DNA of 60,759 nt from Lacunisphaera sp. GTDB lineage: Bacteria; Verrucomicrobiota; Verrucomicrobiia; Opitutales; Opitutaceae. The notes below the pieces were generated by a model. The model was not told the origin of the DNA. It worked only from the letters and a program-made list of their open reading frames with translations, and made no database searches. Position 1 is the first letter of the stretch; each line of letters opens with the position of its first letter. The position numbers and the translations under genes are program-made. This document shows positions 9,161-17,552 of this stretch, one piece after another. The DNA lies in assembly GCA_046593155.1 (NCBI GenBank), contig JBKJRX010000010.1, positions 1 through 60,759 of the forward strand. Reading direction: 5' to 3'.

Positions 9161-9245
9161 TTCGTTCTCTTTCTCTTAATCTTTCTCGTTCTCTTTTCCG
9201 AAAGGGAATCCGGGAGAACGATTACGAGAAAGAGAACGAGAAGGA
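9161..9245. repeat. hexamer-periodic pyrimidine/purine inverted repeat
   Basis: TTCGTT CTCTTT CTCTTA ATCTTT CTCGTT ... GAGAAC GATTAC GAGAAA GAGAAC GAGAAG. Confidence 0.65.
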
Positions 9246-9262
9246 TTTTTGAGACACCGCCC

Positions 9263-10615
9263 TCACGCCAGCTTCATGATCAGCGCCGCCACGTCCGCGG
9301 CTTGCGCCGCGGGCGAGGCGAGCCAGACGCTGGCGTGCTGGAAGGCGGCCGGATCGGGCGTGATGCCCTGCGCCTTGAGCCGCAGCAACGCGGCCACCAA
9401 TGTGAGCTGAGCCCGCGGATCGTCCGCATTGGCCCGCGCGGACTGGAGCAACGCCTCCGTGCCAGGCGGCATCTGCTCCGGGGCCAGCACGCCTTTTTCC
9501 CCCAGGAAAAACGTGAGGGCTGCCCCGAGGGCATGCACATAAACCAAGGGTGCGGCCGGCGCCGTGTAGGCGAGGCCGCTGCCCGCGGGCAGCGCCGTCC
9601 ACTCCATGTAGCCGCGCACCAGCTCCTGGAATTTCTGCAGCTCGCCATCGGCGTCCGAGGGCGTCCAGCGGGTGGTGAACACCTTCAACTCGCGGTATTT
9701 CTTCACTTCCCAGATGCGGACGCTGAGTTCGAAGTCGTCGTTGCGATTCCGCAACGCACTGGTGACCACGTAGTCCACTCCACCCTCGGTCGTGTCGTGC
9801 AACTGACGGACGTTCTCCGCCACCCATTCGGTGGGAAAAAGCGCGTAATGCCGGCGATCCGAGGCGCCGATCACCGCGACCGGTTCATAGCCCGCGCTGT
9901 AGGCAAATGTCTCGGCGAACCAGAGCGGCAATCCGCGGCTTAGGCGGCCCAACGCCTCCTCGGGCTGCGCCGCGCGGGCGCCGGCATCGTCGAGGCCCAA
10001 CAGGGCACACTGCGCAAAGGCCACGCGGCGCAGCCGGCCTTCCTTGCGCGGCAAGAGGTGCGGCGCGATTGCCTCCAGCCCGTAGAACCAGATCGGCTTG
10101 CCGATGCTGACCAGGCTGATTTTGGCCTGGGTCTCCGTCATCGGTTGTTGATCCGCCGCCTCGGTCTCGCTGACAAAAAGCTCGGCCACCGCGTTGGAAA
10201 AACCCACCAGCCGCGCCTCCAGTTCGGGCCGCTCCAGGGAGAAGAGCAGGTCCAGCAGGTGTTGGGCGGCCTCCGCGTTGCGGGTGACGAGATAGGCCTG
10301 AAGGAGGTTGATGCCCGCGGCCGCGCCATGCCTCTGGACATCATAGCGCGGTGCCAGCAGTTCGATGAGCTCCTTGACGTGGCCCGCGGTGCCGAGGTCA
10401 CCCGAGATGGTGACGAGCACATCGGCCCGGTCGCCCGCCCCGGCCAACACGCCTTCATAGATCGCCATCGCGGCAGGGACATCCTTCGCCTTCAGCTTTT
10501 CGCGCGCCGCCGCCAGTTGCGGCAGGACGCCACCGGCCGTGCTGGTTTTTTCCGTCACGGGCGGGGTGGGCGGAACCTCCGGCTTGTCGGCGGGCTTGCG
10601 GTCGAAGAATCCCAT
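9263..10615 (-). CDS. hypothetical protein, helical (TPR-like) N-terminus
   Basis: 450-aa ORF with typical codon bias; Ala/Leu helical repeats. Confidence 0.7.
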   Translation of the reverse strand: MGFFDRKPADKPEVPPTPPVTEKTSTAGGVLPQLAAAREKLKAKDVPAAMAIYEGVLAGAGDRADVLVTISGDLGTAGHVKELIELLAPRYDVQRHGAAAGINLLQAYLVTRNAEAAQHLLDLLFSLERPELEARLVGFSNAVAELFVSETEAADQQPMTETQAKISLVSIGKPIWFYGLEAIAPHLLPRKEGRLRRVAFAQCALLGLDDAGARAAQPEEALGRLSRGLPLWFAETFAYSAGYEPVAVIGASDRRHYALFPTEWVAENVRQLHDTTEGGVDYVVTSALRNRNDDFELSVRIWEVKKYRELKVFTTRWTPSDADGELQKFQELVRGYMEWTALPAGSGLAYTAPAAPLVYVHALGAALTFFLGEKGVLAPEQMPPGTEALLQSARANADDPRAQLTLVAALLRLKAQGITPDPAAFQHASVWLASPAAQAADVAALIMKLA

Positions 10616-10696
10616 GGGCTGCCAGCAAACGAATCTCCGCCCCCGAAGCGAGGCGGTTTTGTTGAAAGAACCGCCGCGGGAAAGGTCGAGGCGGAC

Positions 10697-11671
10697 TCAG
10701 GCCCGCGGAGCCGGAAGGTTTTCCGGCGTGATGCCCGCGCGAACTTCGATGGTCGCCAGCACCTTGGGCACATACATCCGTGTCTCGGCAGGCAGATTGT
10801 CCGCGATTTCCGCAAAGGTTTTGGCGTTTTGTTTCGTCAGGATCCGCCGGACCCGGCCCTCGCCAGCGTTGTAGGCCGCGAGCGCCAGCGGCCAGTCACC
10901 GAAACGCGCGTGCAGGTGGCGCAGATACTGGGCGGCCGCGCGGGAGGATTTTTCCGGGTTGGTCCGTTCGTCAGGCAGGAACGTCTGCAGGCCAAGGCTT
11001 TTTGCCGTCTCCGGCATCAATTGAAAAAGCCCCTTGGCGCCCACCGGGCTGAGCGCGGACGGGTTGAAGGTCGATTCGGACTCGGCCAGCCAGACCAGGG
11101 CGGGGGGCAGGCCTTCCTCGCGGAACACCGCCTGTATCCTGGGCAGCAGCGCCGCGGCGCGACCGGGGGCCGGACGCTGACGCATCCGCTCGAGCCAAGG
11201 CTCGTAGTGGGGAATATCAAGGGGCGGGGTGGGCGCGACCGTCCCCGGACCGGAAATTACCGGCGGCGGGGGAATCGGCCGCTTGGGCGGGCGCGGGCTG
11301 ACCGTTTTTTTCGCGACCTCGATGTAATCCAGCCGCTCGGCCAGCCAATCCGCGTAATCGTGGTATTCCGGCAACAGCTGCAAGGCCGCGAGGGCCGCCC
11401 GGGCCTCCGGCTCGTAAGAGGCCAGCCGGCGGAGATCGTTGCTTTCGAGCGCCTGTTGAAGCCGGCCGGCAAACTCGTCCCATTCCTTTTCCGAGGGAAA
11501 TTCGAAACGCTCCTTGATCTCATCCGGCGCATATTCCTCGAAAAGCTGCTGCGCGGCCGTGAGCAGGCTTTCGGGCTGGGTTTCCGCGGCGGGTTTGGCC
11601 GGCGGGGCGGGTTCCGCAGCGGCGCAGGCCACCCCACAGAGGAGCAGCAGGCCCCAAACTCGTTTTTGCAT
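10697..11671 (-). CDS. lytic transglycosylase (SLT/MltD-like)
   Basis: ESES-TFNP, GAKGLFQLMPETA, LALAAYNAGEG, ETRMYVPK; signal peptide. Confidence 0.92.
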   Translation of the reverse strand: MQKRVWGLLLLCGVACAAAEPAPPAKPAAETQPESLLTAAQQLFEEYAPDEIKERFEFPSEKEWDEFAGRLQQALESNDLRRLASYEPEARAALAALQLLPEYHDYADWLAERLDYIEVAKKTVSPRPPKRPIPPPPVISGPGTVAPTPPLDIPHYEPWLERMRQRPAPGRAAALLPRIQAVFREEGLPPALVWLAESESTFNPSALSPVGAKGLFQLMPETAKSLGLQTFLPDERTNPEKSSRAAAQYLRHLHARFGDWPLALAAYNAGEGRVRRILTKQNAKTFAEIADNLPAETRMYVPKVLATIEVRAGITPENLPAPRA

Positions 11672-11675
11672 CCCT

Positions 11676-13115
11676 TCAACGACCCGGGGGCGCGACATCG
11701 GTGCCGGTTAGTTTGCCGAGCACGGCCGCCTTTAGCTTCAATCCAGGCTGTTCCCGCCAGGTGATCGCCGGCTCGCCAAAGTAACGGGCCGTATTCTTCG
11801 CGCCCCAGTCCGTGGTGGCGATTCGATAGGTTTGGGCCGGATCGATGGCCGCCGGACCATCCGCAAAGGAAAATTCCCCGCGGCGCTGCGCAAACGGGGT
11901 CTCCGGCCCGAGATTGGCCGCGGCCAGCAGGTTTTGCAGCCGCCCACCGCCCACCTCGGCGGTGAAGATGGGGCCGTCGAACCGCACGCAGGCATCGAAT
12001 GCCTCGCGGGACACGTTGCCGGCCGGCAGTCCGGCCCCGAAGGTCGTGTTGCCGATAAAAGCCGCATCCACTCCTGCCGCCGTGCGCAAAGCTCCCACGA
12101 CAAGCCGCGCCGCCTCAGCCGGGCCGAGGGCGGCGGCGGTCCGGCCCACCACCGCGGTATCTTCGGGCGTAAGATGTTTGGTTCGCGTCTCCCGGATGAG
12201 CGCGGCCAGTTCCGCGTCCGCGGCTCCGTCCGCGTGCAGACGGATCTGCTCCACCACCCAACGAGGCCGGCCGGCTTCATCGCGATGCAGCCAGGCCAGT
12301 GACAGGTATTCATTCCATGAACCGGAGTGCACATAGGCACCGCGGCCGAGCGGATGGATGAACCGTTGGTGGTCATGGGCGCCGGCAAAGAGCGTGCCGT
12401 CCGGCACGAGCGGCAGCAGGCCGCGATCGGCCTTGATGCCGGCGTGGCTGAGCACGATGGCGAGCGGAGGCGGTGCCTTGCGGTGGAGTGCGTTGACCTC
12501 AACGCGCTTTTCCAGGCCGCGCACATCGTCCAGCGCCTTGGGGTCAAGGCGCTCCACCTCCAATAGCTTGGGGAAATTCTTCCGCGCCCACCCGACCGGA
12601 TCGGCCAGATCCAGCGACGGGCGGATGGCCACGCGGTAGGTGGAGAGATTGTCCGTGCTCACGCCGATCACAACGGCTTCGTCGCGGCCGAGCTTGATTT
12701 TCGCCGAAGCCGGCGCAAAGAGCCGCCCGGTGGCGCGATTCGTGATGTTGCAGACCACGGTGACGCCGCCCGCCCGCAGGCGGGCCACGGTCTCGGCGAG
12801 ATCATAAAACTCCGGTTCATGGTTACCGATGTTGACGATGGTCGGCGCGCGGCGGGCGAGGGCGGCGAACATCGCGAAGTCCACCGCGCCCGCGCTGCGG
12901 CGGGCGACAATGTTGCCGTATTCGAGGGTGTCGCCGTTGAGCAGGATGGCCAGCGGCAGTCCGGGGTGCACCGCCTTCAGCCGGTCCACGGTCGCGACCA
13001 CCTGCGCCGTGCGCTCGTAGGCCGAGTGCTGGTCGCCGGCGATGATTACCAGCGCCTCGGGGGCCGCGACGATCTGGCCGGCGGCGAAAAGGAAGGCCAA
13101 GGGGGCGAATCTCAT
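11676..13115 (-). CDS. secreted metallophosphoesterase / 5'-nucleotidase
   Basis: GDQH, NGD, GNHE, SHAG, AHDH motifs; 5'-nucleotidase-like C-terminal domain. Confidence 0.85.
   Translation of the reverse strand: MRFAPLAFLFAAGQIVAAPEALVIIAGDQHSAYERTAQVVATVDRLKAVHPGLPLAILLNGDTLEYGNIVARRSAGAVDFAMFAALARRAPTIVNIGNHEPEFYDLAETVARLRAGGVTVVCNITNRATGRLFAPASAKIKLGRDEAVVIGVSTDNLSTYRVAIRPSLDLADPVGWARKNFPKLLEVERLDPKALDDVRGLEKRVEVNALHRKAPPPLAIVLSHAGIKADRGLLPLVPDGTLFAGAHDHQRFIHPLGRGAYVHSGSWNEYLSLAWLHRDEAGRPRWVVEQIRLHADGAADAELAALIRETRTKHLTPEDTAVVGRTAAALGPAEAARLVVGALRTAAGVDAAFIGNTTFGAGLPAGNVSREAFDACVRFDGPIFTAEVGGGRLQNLLAAANLGPETPFAQRRGEFSFADGPAAIDPAQTYRIATTDWGAKNTARYFGEPAITWREQPGLKLKAAVLGKLTGTDVAPPGR
12482..12558. 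repeat. GGTGGAGCGC-family REP doublet inserted in frame in the nucleotidase
   Basis: 27-bp inverted arms with 4 mismatches; intergenic sister copy at 54984-55059. Confidence 0.85.
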
Positions 13116-13170
13116 GCGGGATGCAGCTTGTCGGGGCAAAAAAACCGCGCAAGCCTGCCTCGCTGTTTCC

Positions 13171-16011
13171 ATGGAAAACCCTCCGCTGCTGCACAACGCC
13201 CACCACCTGATCGGCCGGATCAGTGTGCATCAGGATTTTTTCTGGTTCTTCTCCCTGCTGGTCTGGAGCATCGGGCTGATTGTGTGGTGGCGTCACCCCG
13301 CGCGACGGGGCGCCTGGGTGTGGTTTCCGGGCGCGGCGGGCGCGGCCATTGCCCTCGCCGTGATCCAGTTCGGCATGTTCAACCCCACCTTCGACATTTT
13401 TCTCGAGCGGCTGGTGCCCGGGACCGTTTCAACCTACAAACCGGCGTTGATCGATCCGTATTGGCTGGGCGACGTCCTCATGGGCGGCGCCCTGGCCGCC
13501 CTGACCGCGGGATGGGGGTGGGTGGCCGCGCGCCGGACGGGCCGGCCGAGGCTTCGCTGGCTGCCGATCGGCGGAATGGTGGTGGTGACCGGGGTCCATG
13601 TCGTGGATCCAATCAACGGCGGCCTGCTGCTCGCCGTGCTGCCCGTCCTGGGGGTGATCGGCCTGTGGAAACAGACAGAGGGCCTCAGCCTGTCACGACT
13701 TGGTTTGATCCTGGCTGCGCTGTTGCCGGCCTTGTCCCCGGTGGGTCCGTTCGCCCTGCTGCTGAATTCCATCCAGCGCAACGGGCCGCCGGCGCCCATC
13801 GGCCTGGGGGCGGCCGTTTTTCAGATGCTCCTCGGGGCGCTCATGCTGGGTGGACTGATCCGCGGCTTGTGGCCCCGCGTCACGGCCAGCACCCAAGCCG
13901 CCTTTCGGCGGGATGCCCGTTGGTTTGGCGTCGGGGCCGTTCTGTTCCTCGCCGCCGGTCTCGCCTTCGGCATCCAAACCGGCCGCGACAACCGTCGCGA
14001 AATCCAACAAAACCGGCTGCGCACCACGGCCGCCCATGCCCTGGTTTTTGATCCCGTGCTGCTCACGCCCTTGCATGACCCGGGATTTTCCATCGCGTGG
14101 AAATCCGCCGCCGGTGAGCCCGCGCCGGCGGAATCCGCCTGGCTCGCCAGCGGGGTGGTGGACCCGGCTCACCAGCGACTGCGGGAGGTTTTGGTTTCCA
14201 CGCCCTTTCTCGCCGAGGCGCGCATCCTGCTCATCCGGGACGGCTGGCTGGTCAATGCGCTGTCGTCCAACAAAGCCCCCGGGCCGGTCGAATTGCTGCG
14301 CCGCGCGACGCCCGCTGACCTCGCCCAATGGGCCAAAAAGGAACCTTATGTGGAGGAGTCGCCGGTGCCGGAAATCGGTTATGACTATTATTGCCGCGCC
14401 CCGATCGTCGCTCCCGACGGCCGGATGCTCGGCTGGCTCGACTGCGTGCGCCGGGAATATTTCCTGAGCGTCGAGCGCCGGTGGCGGGCGGCCCCGTTTC
14501 TGATCACCGCCTTGGGGCTGGTGCTGCTTTCTCTGGTGGTCGTGCAGCGGCAGGGCACCCGCGAACGCGAAACCGCTTTGCGGGCGGCGGCGGTTTCCGC
14601 CGAGGCCAGCCGGGTCAAGACGACCTTCCTGGCCAATGTCAGCCACGAGTTGCGCACCCCGTTGCAGAGCATCCTGGGCTATACCGAATTGCTGTTGCCC
14701 GACTTATCCGACGAAAAAAGCCGCATCCGCCTCACCGCCCTTCGGCAGCAAGGCGAGCTGATGACCCGGCTGATCAACGATCTCATCGACCTGAGTGCGG
14801 TGGAGGCGGGCTCTTTTCAGCTCATCCTTCAACCGGTGGCGGCGGCGGAACTGGTTGGTCAGACGATCGAGAGTCTGCGTCCGCGGGCCGAGGCCAAGGG
14901 CCTCAGCCTCCGCCTTGAAATGGGCAACGATGTTCCTCCGTGGGTCGAGACCGATGACGGTCGGCTGCGCCAGGTGCTCATCAATCTCGCTGGCAACGCC
15001 ATCAAGTTCACTGATCGCGGAACAGTTACGGTTTCCCTGCACGCCGGCCCGGCGACGGCTGGAAAGCTCCTGTTAATGTTGGCGGTGCATGATACCGGCC
15101 CGGGCATTTCGCCGGAGCAACAAAGCCGGCTGTTCAGTCCATTCACGCGGCTGGCCCACACGGCGGAGAAGGAGGGTTCGGGGCTTGGCCTGGCCCTGTC
15201 CGCCGCGCTGTGCCGCGCCATGGGCGGCAATATCACCGTCGAAAGCGATGGCCGGAGCGGGAGCGGCTTCACCGCCACTATCCTCGTGGCCCCGACCGGC
15301 GCTCCGGCGCTGGTTCACGCCCAGCCCGGGCCCACGCCAGGGTTCGCCCCTCGCGTGCTCGTCGTGGATGACAACCGGCTGGTGCGGGACCTTTTCATTT
15401 CCGCCCTCACCCAGCGGGGTGCGATCTGTCATGCCGCCGGAAACGGCGCCGCCGCGCTCGCCCGGGTCGCCACGGATGCACCCGAAATCATCGTGCTCGA
15501 TCTCGCGCTCCCCGACGGTGATGGCACTGACTTTGTGCGGCGTTTCCGCGAGGTGGTCCCTACCGTCAGGATTGTCGGCGTCAGCGCCCACGCCGGGGTG
15601 GCCGACCGCACCAGAGCGCTGGCCATGGGCATGAATGAGTTCCTGGTGAAACCCGTGGCGCTCGACGCACTCTGGGCGGCGGTCGCCGGGCGTCCGCCCA
15701 GCGCGCTCCATTCCAAGTCCTCTTTTGATCCGCCGGCGGAGTTACAGCGAGAACTGCAGATGGAGTTTTTGCGGGAACTGCCCGGCAAACGGGCTGAATT
15801 AGCCGCGGCGATGGCCTCAGCCGACTGGCCGCGGGTGCGGGCCGGCGCGCACTACCTGCGCAACAGCGCCTTGGTGGTGCGGGCCGATGCCTTGTTTGCG
15901 GCCTGCACCGGACTGGAGGAGGCCGCGACCACCGGCCGGCCGGAGGAAGCCGCGCCTTGGTGGCGCCGTTGCCAAGACGCGCTGGACACCCTATCTGGCG
16001 GTATAAAATAG
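13171..16011 (+). CDS. multi-TM hybrid sensor kinase (HisKA, HATPase, REC, HPt)
   Basis: FLANVSHELRTPL, NLAGNAIKFT, DTGPG, GSGLGL, VLVVDD...D...KP, AHYLRNSA. Confidence 0.92.
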   Translation: MENPPLLHNAHHLIGRISVHQDFFWFFSLLVWSIGLIVWWRHPARRGAWVWFPGAAGAAIALAVIQFGMFNPTFDIFLERLVPGTVSTYKPALIDPYWLGDVLMGGALAALTAGWGWVAARRTGRPRLRWLPIGGMVVVTGVHVVDPINGGLLLAVLPVLGVIGLWKQTEGLSLSRLGLILAALLPALSPVGPFALLLNSIQRNGPPAPIGLGAAVFQMLLGALMLGGLIRGLWPRVTASTQAAFRRDARWFGVGAVLFLAAGLAFGIQTGRDNRREIQQNRLRTTAAHALVFDPVLLTPLHDPGFSIAWKSAAGEPAPAESAWLASGVVDPAHQRLREVLVSTPFLAEARILLIRDGWLVNALSSNKAPGPVELLRRATPADLAQWAKKEPYVEESPVPEIGYDYYCRAPIVAPDGRMLGWLDCVRREYFLSVERRWRAAPFLITALGLVLLSLVVVQRQGTRERETALRAAAVSAEASRVKTTFLANVSHELRTPLQSILGYTELLLPDLSDEKSRIRLTALRQQGELMTRLINDLIDLSAVEAGSFQLILQPVAAAELVGQTIESLRPRAEAKGLSLRLEMGNDVPPWVETDDGRLRQVLINLAGNAIKFTDRGTVTVSLHAGPATAGKLLLMLAVHDTGPGISPEQQSRLFSPFTRLAHTAEKEGSGLGLALSAALCRAMGGNITVESDGRSGSGFTATILVAPTGAPALVHAQPGPTPGFAPRVLVVDDNRLVRDLFISALTQRGAICHAAGNGAAALARVATDAPEIIVLDLALPDGDGTDFVRRFREVVPTVRIVGVSAHAGVADRTRALAMGMNEFLVKPVALDALWAAVAGRPPSALHSKSSFDPPAELQRELQMEFLRELPGKRAELAAAMASADWPRVRAGAHYLRNSALVVRADALFAACTGLEEAATTGRPEEAAPWWRRCQDALDTLSGGIK

Positions 16012-16157
16012 TTACATAATTTGCTGTCTTACAGTGACTTGTTTGTTTTCTACTTAGCCGGACAAGGAGGGCGATTTTCCTGCAAGATACCGCTTGTCGG
16101 GGCGGGTATTCTGCACTCATTCCGCCTCTTATTAACCACGACAAAGCCATTTCAAGA

Positions 16158-16766
16158 TTGCGCGTGCTGGTGGTCGACGATCACCCGCTTTTTCGCACCG
16201 GGGTCGTCGCCGCCCTGAAGAATGAACCCGACCTGGAGGTCTGCGCGGAGGCCGACAATGCCGCCGAGGCCCGCTCCTTGGCGGGCCGGTTGCGACCCGA
16301 CGCCGCCGTGGTGGACCTGATGCTGCAGGATGACGACGGCTTGAAACTGGTGCGGGAGCTGCGCGCGGACCTGCCGGCCTTGCGTATTGTCGTTCTCTCC
16401 ATGCTTGAGGTCGCGGTTTACCGTCCGAAGGCGCTGCAAGCCGGGGCTAATTTCTTTGTTTCCAAGCTGGAAGGACCGACCGCCATTGTGGCCGCGTTGC
16501 GCGAGTCGGTTGCCCTCGGGCGCTCCGCCCGGCCGGCCTCTCGGGATGAACACGAGCTGGCGGCGCTCAGCGAACGGGAGCTGCAGGTTTTCATCCAGCT
16601 GGGCCAAGGGCGCTCCACGCAGGAAATCGCCGCCTCACTGAGCGTGAGCGTGAAGACGATCGAGTCGCACCGCGAGAACATCAAGGCCAAGCTCGACCTG
16701 CCGCACGCCAACGCGCTCGTGGCCCGCGCGGCACTGTGGGTGCGGTCGCAGGGCTTGGCGCGCTGA
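16158..16766 (+). CDS. NarL/LuxR family response regulator
   Basis: VLVVDDHPLFR, VVDL, LSERELQVF...KTIESHRENIKAKL; possible start at ATT 16149. Confidence 0.93.
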   Translation: MRVLVVDDHPLFRTGVVAALKNEPDLEVCAEADNAAEARSLAGRLRPDAAVVDLMLQDDDGLKLVRELRADLPALRIVVLSMLEVAVYRPKALQAGANFFVSKLEGPTAIVAALRESVALGRSARPASRDEHELAALSERELQVFIQLGQGRSTQEIAASLSVSVKTIESHRENIKAKLDLPHANALVARAALWVRSQGLAR

Positions 16767-16799
16767 GGCGGACTTATCGCGCGTGGGGCCGGCACCTAG

Positions 16800-17084
16800 G
16801 CGCTGAATTCCTACTACAGCTTCGATGGGACCAACTACACCTTCCTGGCCACCTATAAACCGATTTCGCAATGGACGGCCGGCGCCGCCACCGGCGGTTT
16901 TAACTTCGAGCTCTTCGGCAACAGCAACATGGCGGCCGCCGTCACCGTCGGGTCGGCCTACGCCGACAACTTCAGCGTCTCCGCCATCCCTGAGCCCTCG
17001 ACCTATGCCGCGTTCGCCGGCTTGGGTGCACTGGGCCTGGCGTTCTGGCGCCGCCGGCAAGTGCGCACCGCCGTAAAGGCCTGA
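16800..17084 (+). pseudogene. 5'-truncated PEP-CTERM protein remnant
   Basis: Frame reads ...NFSVSAIPEPSTYAAFAGLGALGLAFWRRR...*; preceded by in-frame TAG at 16797, no signal peptide. Confidence 0.8.
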
Positions 17085-17112
17085 GTTCTTCTCAAATCAG
17101 GAATTTCCCTAG

Positions 17113-17143
17113 GACCGCTGGCTTGTGCCGCCGGTCTTTTTTT
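17113..17143 (+). terminator. probable rho-independent terminator
   Basis: GACCG..GGC-TTGT-GCC..CGGTC followed by T7. Confidence 0.6.
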
Positions 17144-17205
17144 CGGACTTACTGCCCGGATATGGACCTGTTTTATTCCGCTCGGCCTGCCTGGGCACGC
17201 CAACC

Positions 17206-17370
17206 ATGAAATTCGGCTGGCTCGAAGCCCTACTGCTCGTGATTGCCGCCGCGGTCCTAACCTTGGTCACCGTCTGGGCCTGGGAGGAGTTCAAGACCTG
17301 GCGCCTCAACCGTGAATACGGTCCGGACCACCGCCGGGGCGCCGGGGCCGGCCGCCGCCGGAACGACTGA
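17206..17370 (+). CDS. small single-TM hypothetical protein (54 aa)
   Basis: CCATG context, MKFGWLEALLLVIAAAVLTLVTVWAW then basic tail. Confidence 0.5.
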   Translation: MKFGWLEALLLVIAAAVLTLVTVWAWEEFKTWRLNREYGPDHRRGAGAGRRRND

Positions 17371-17426
17371 GTTCGGGCGGTTTTTTCCCGCGTTGACCGG
17401 ACGGGATGGACGGGTAGTTAGACCCA

Positions 17427-17526
17427 TCCGCCTTCGCCCTTTGGGCTTCGGCGCGACGAGTCCCACCATGAACCGGGTCCACATCCAGACGTATGTCTGC
17501 CCTCCTTCGCTGAAGCTTCGGAGGGC
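17427..17526. repeat. two CCTTCGC...GCTTCGG hairpin repeats flanking a duplicated miaB start
   Basis: CCGCCTTCGCCCTTTGGGCTTCGGCGCGAC at 17428 and GCCCTCCTTCGCTGAAGCTTCGGAGGGC at 17499. Confidence 0.65.
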
Positions 17527-17552
17527 TCGTTGAGGCACGTCCGCCTGAGATT

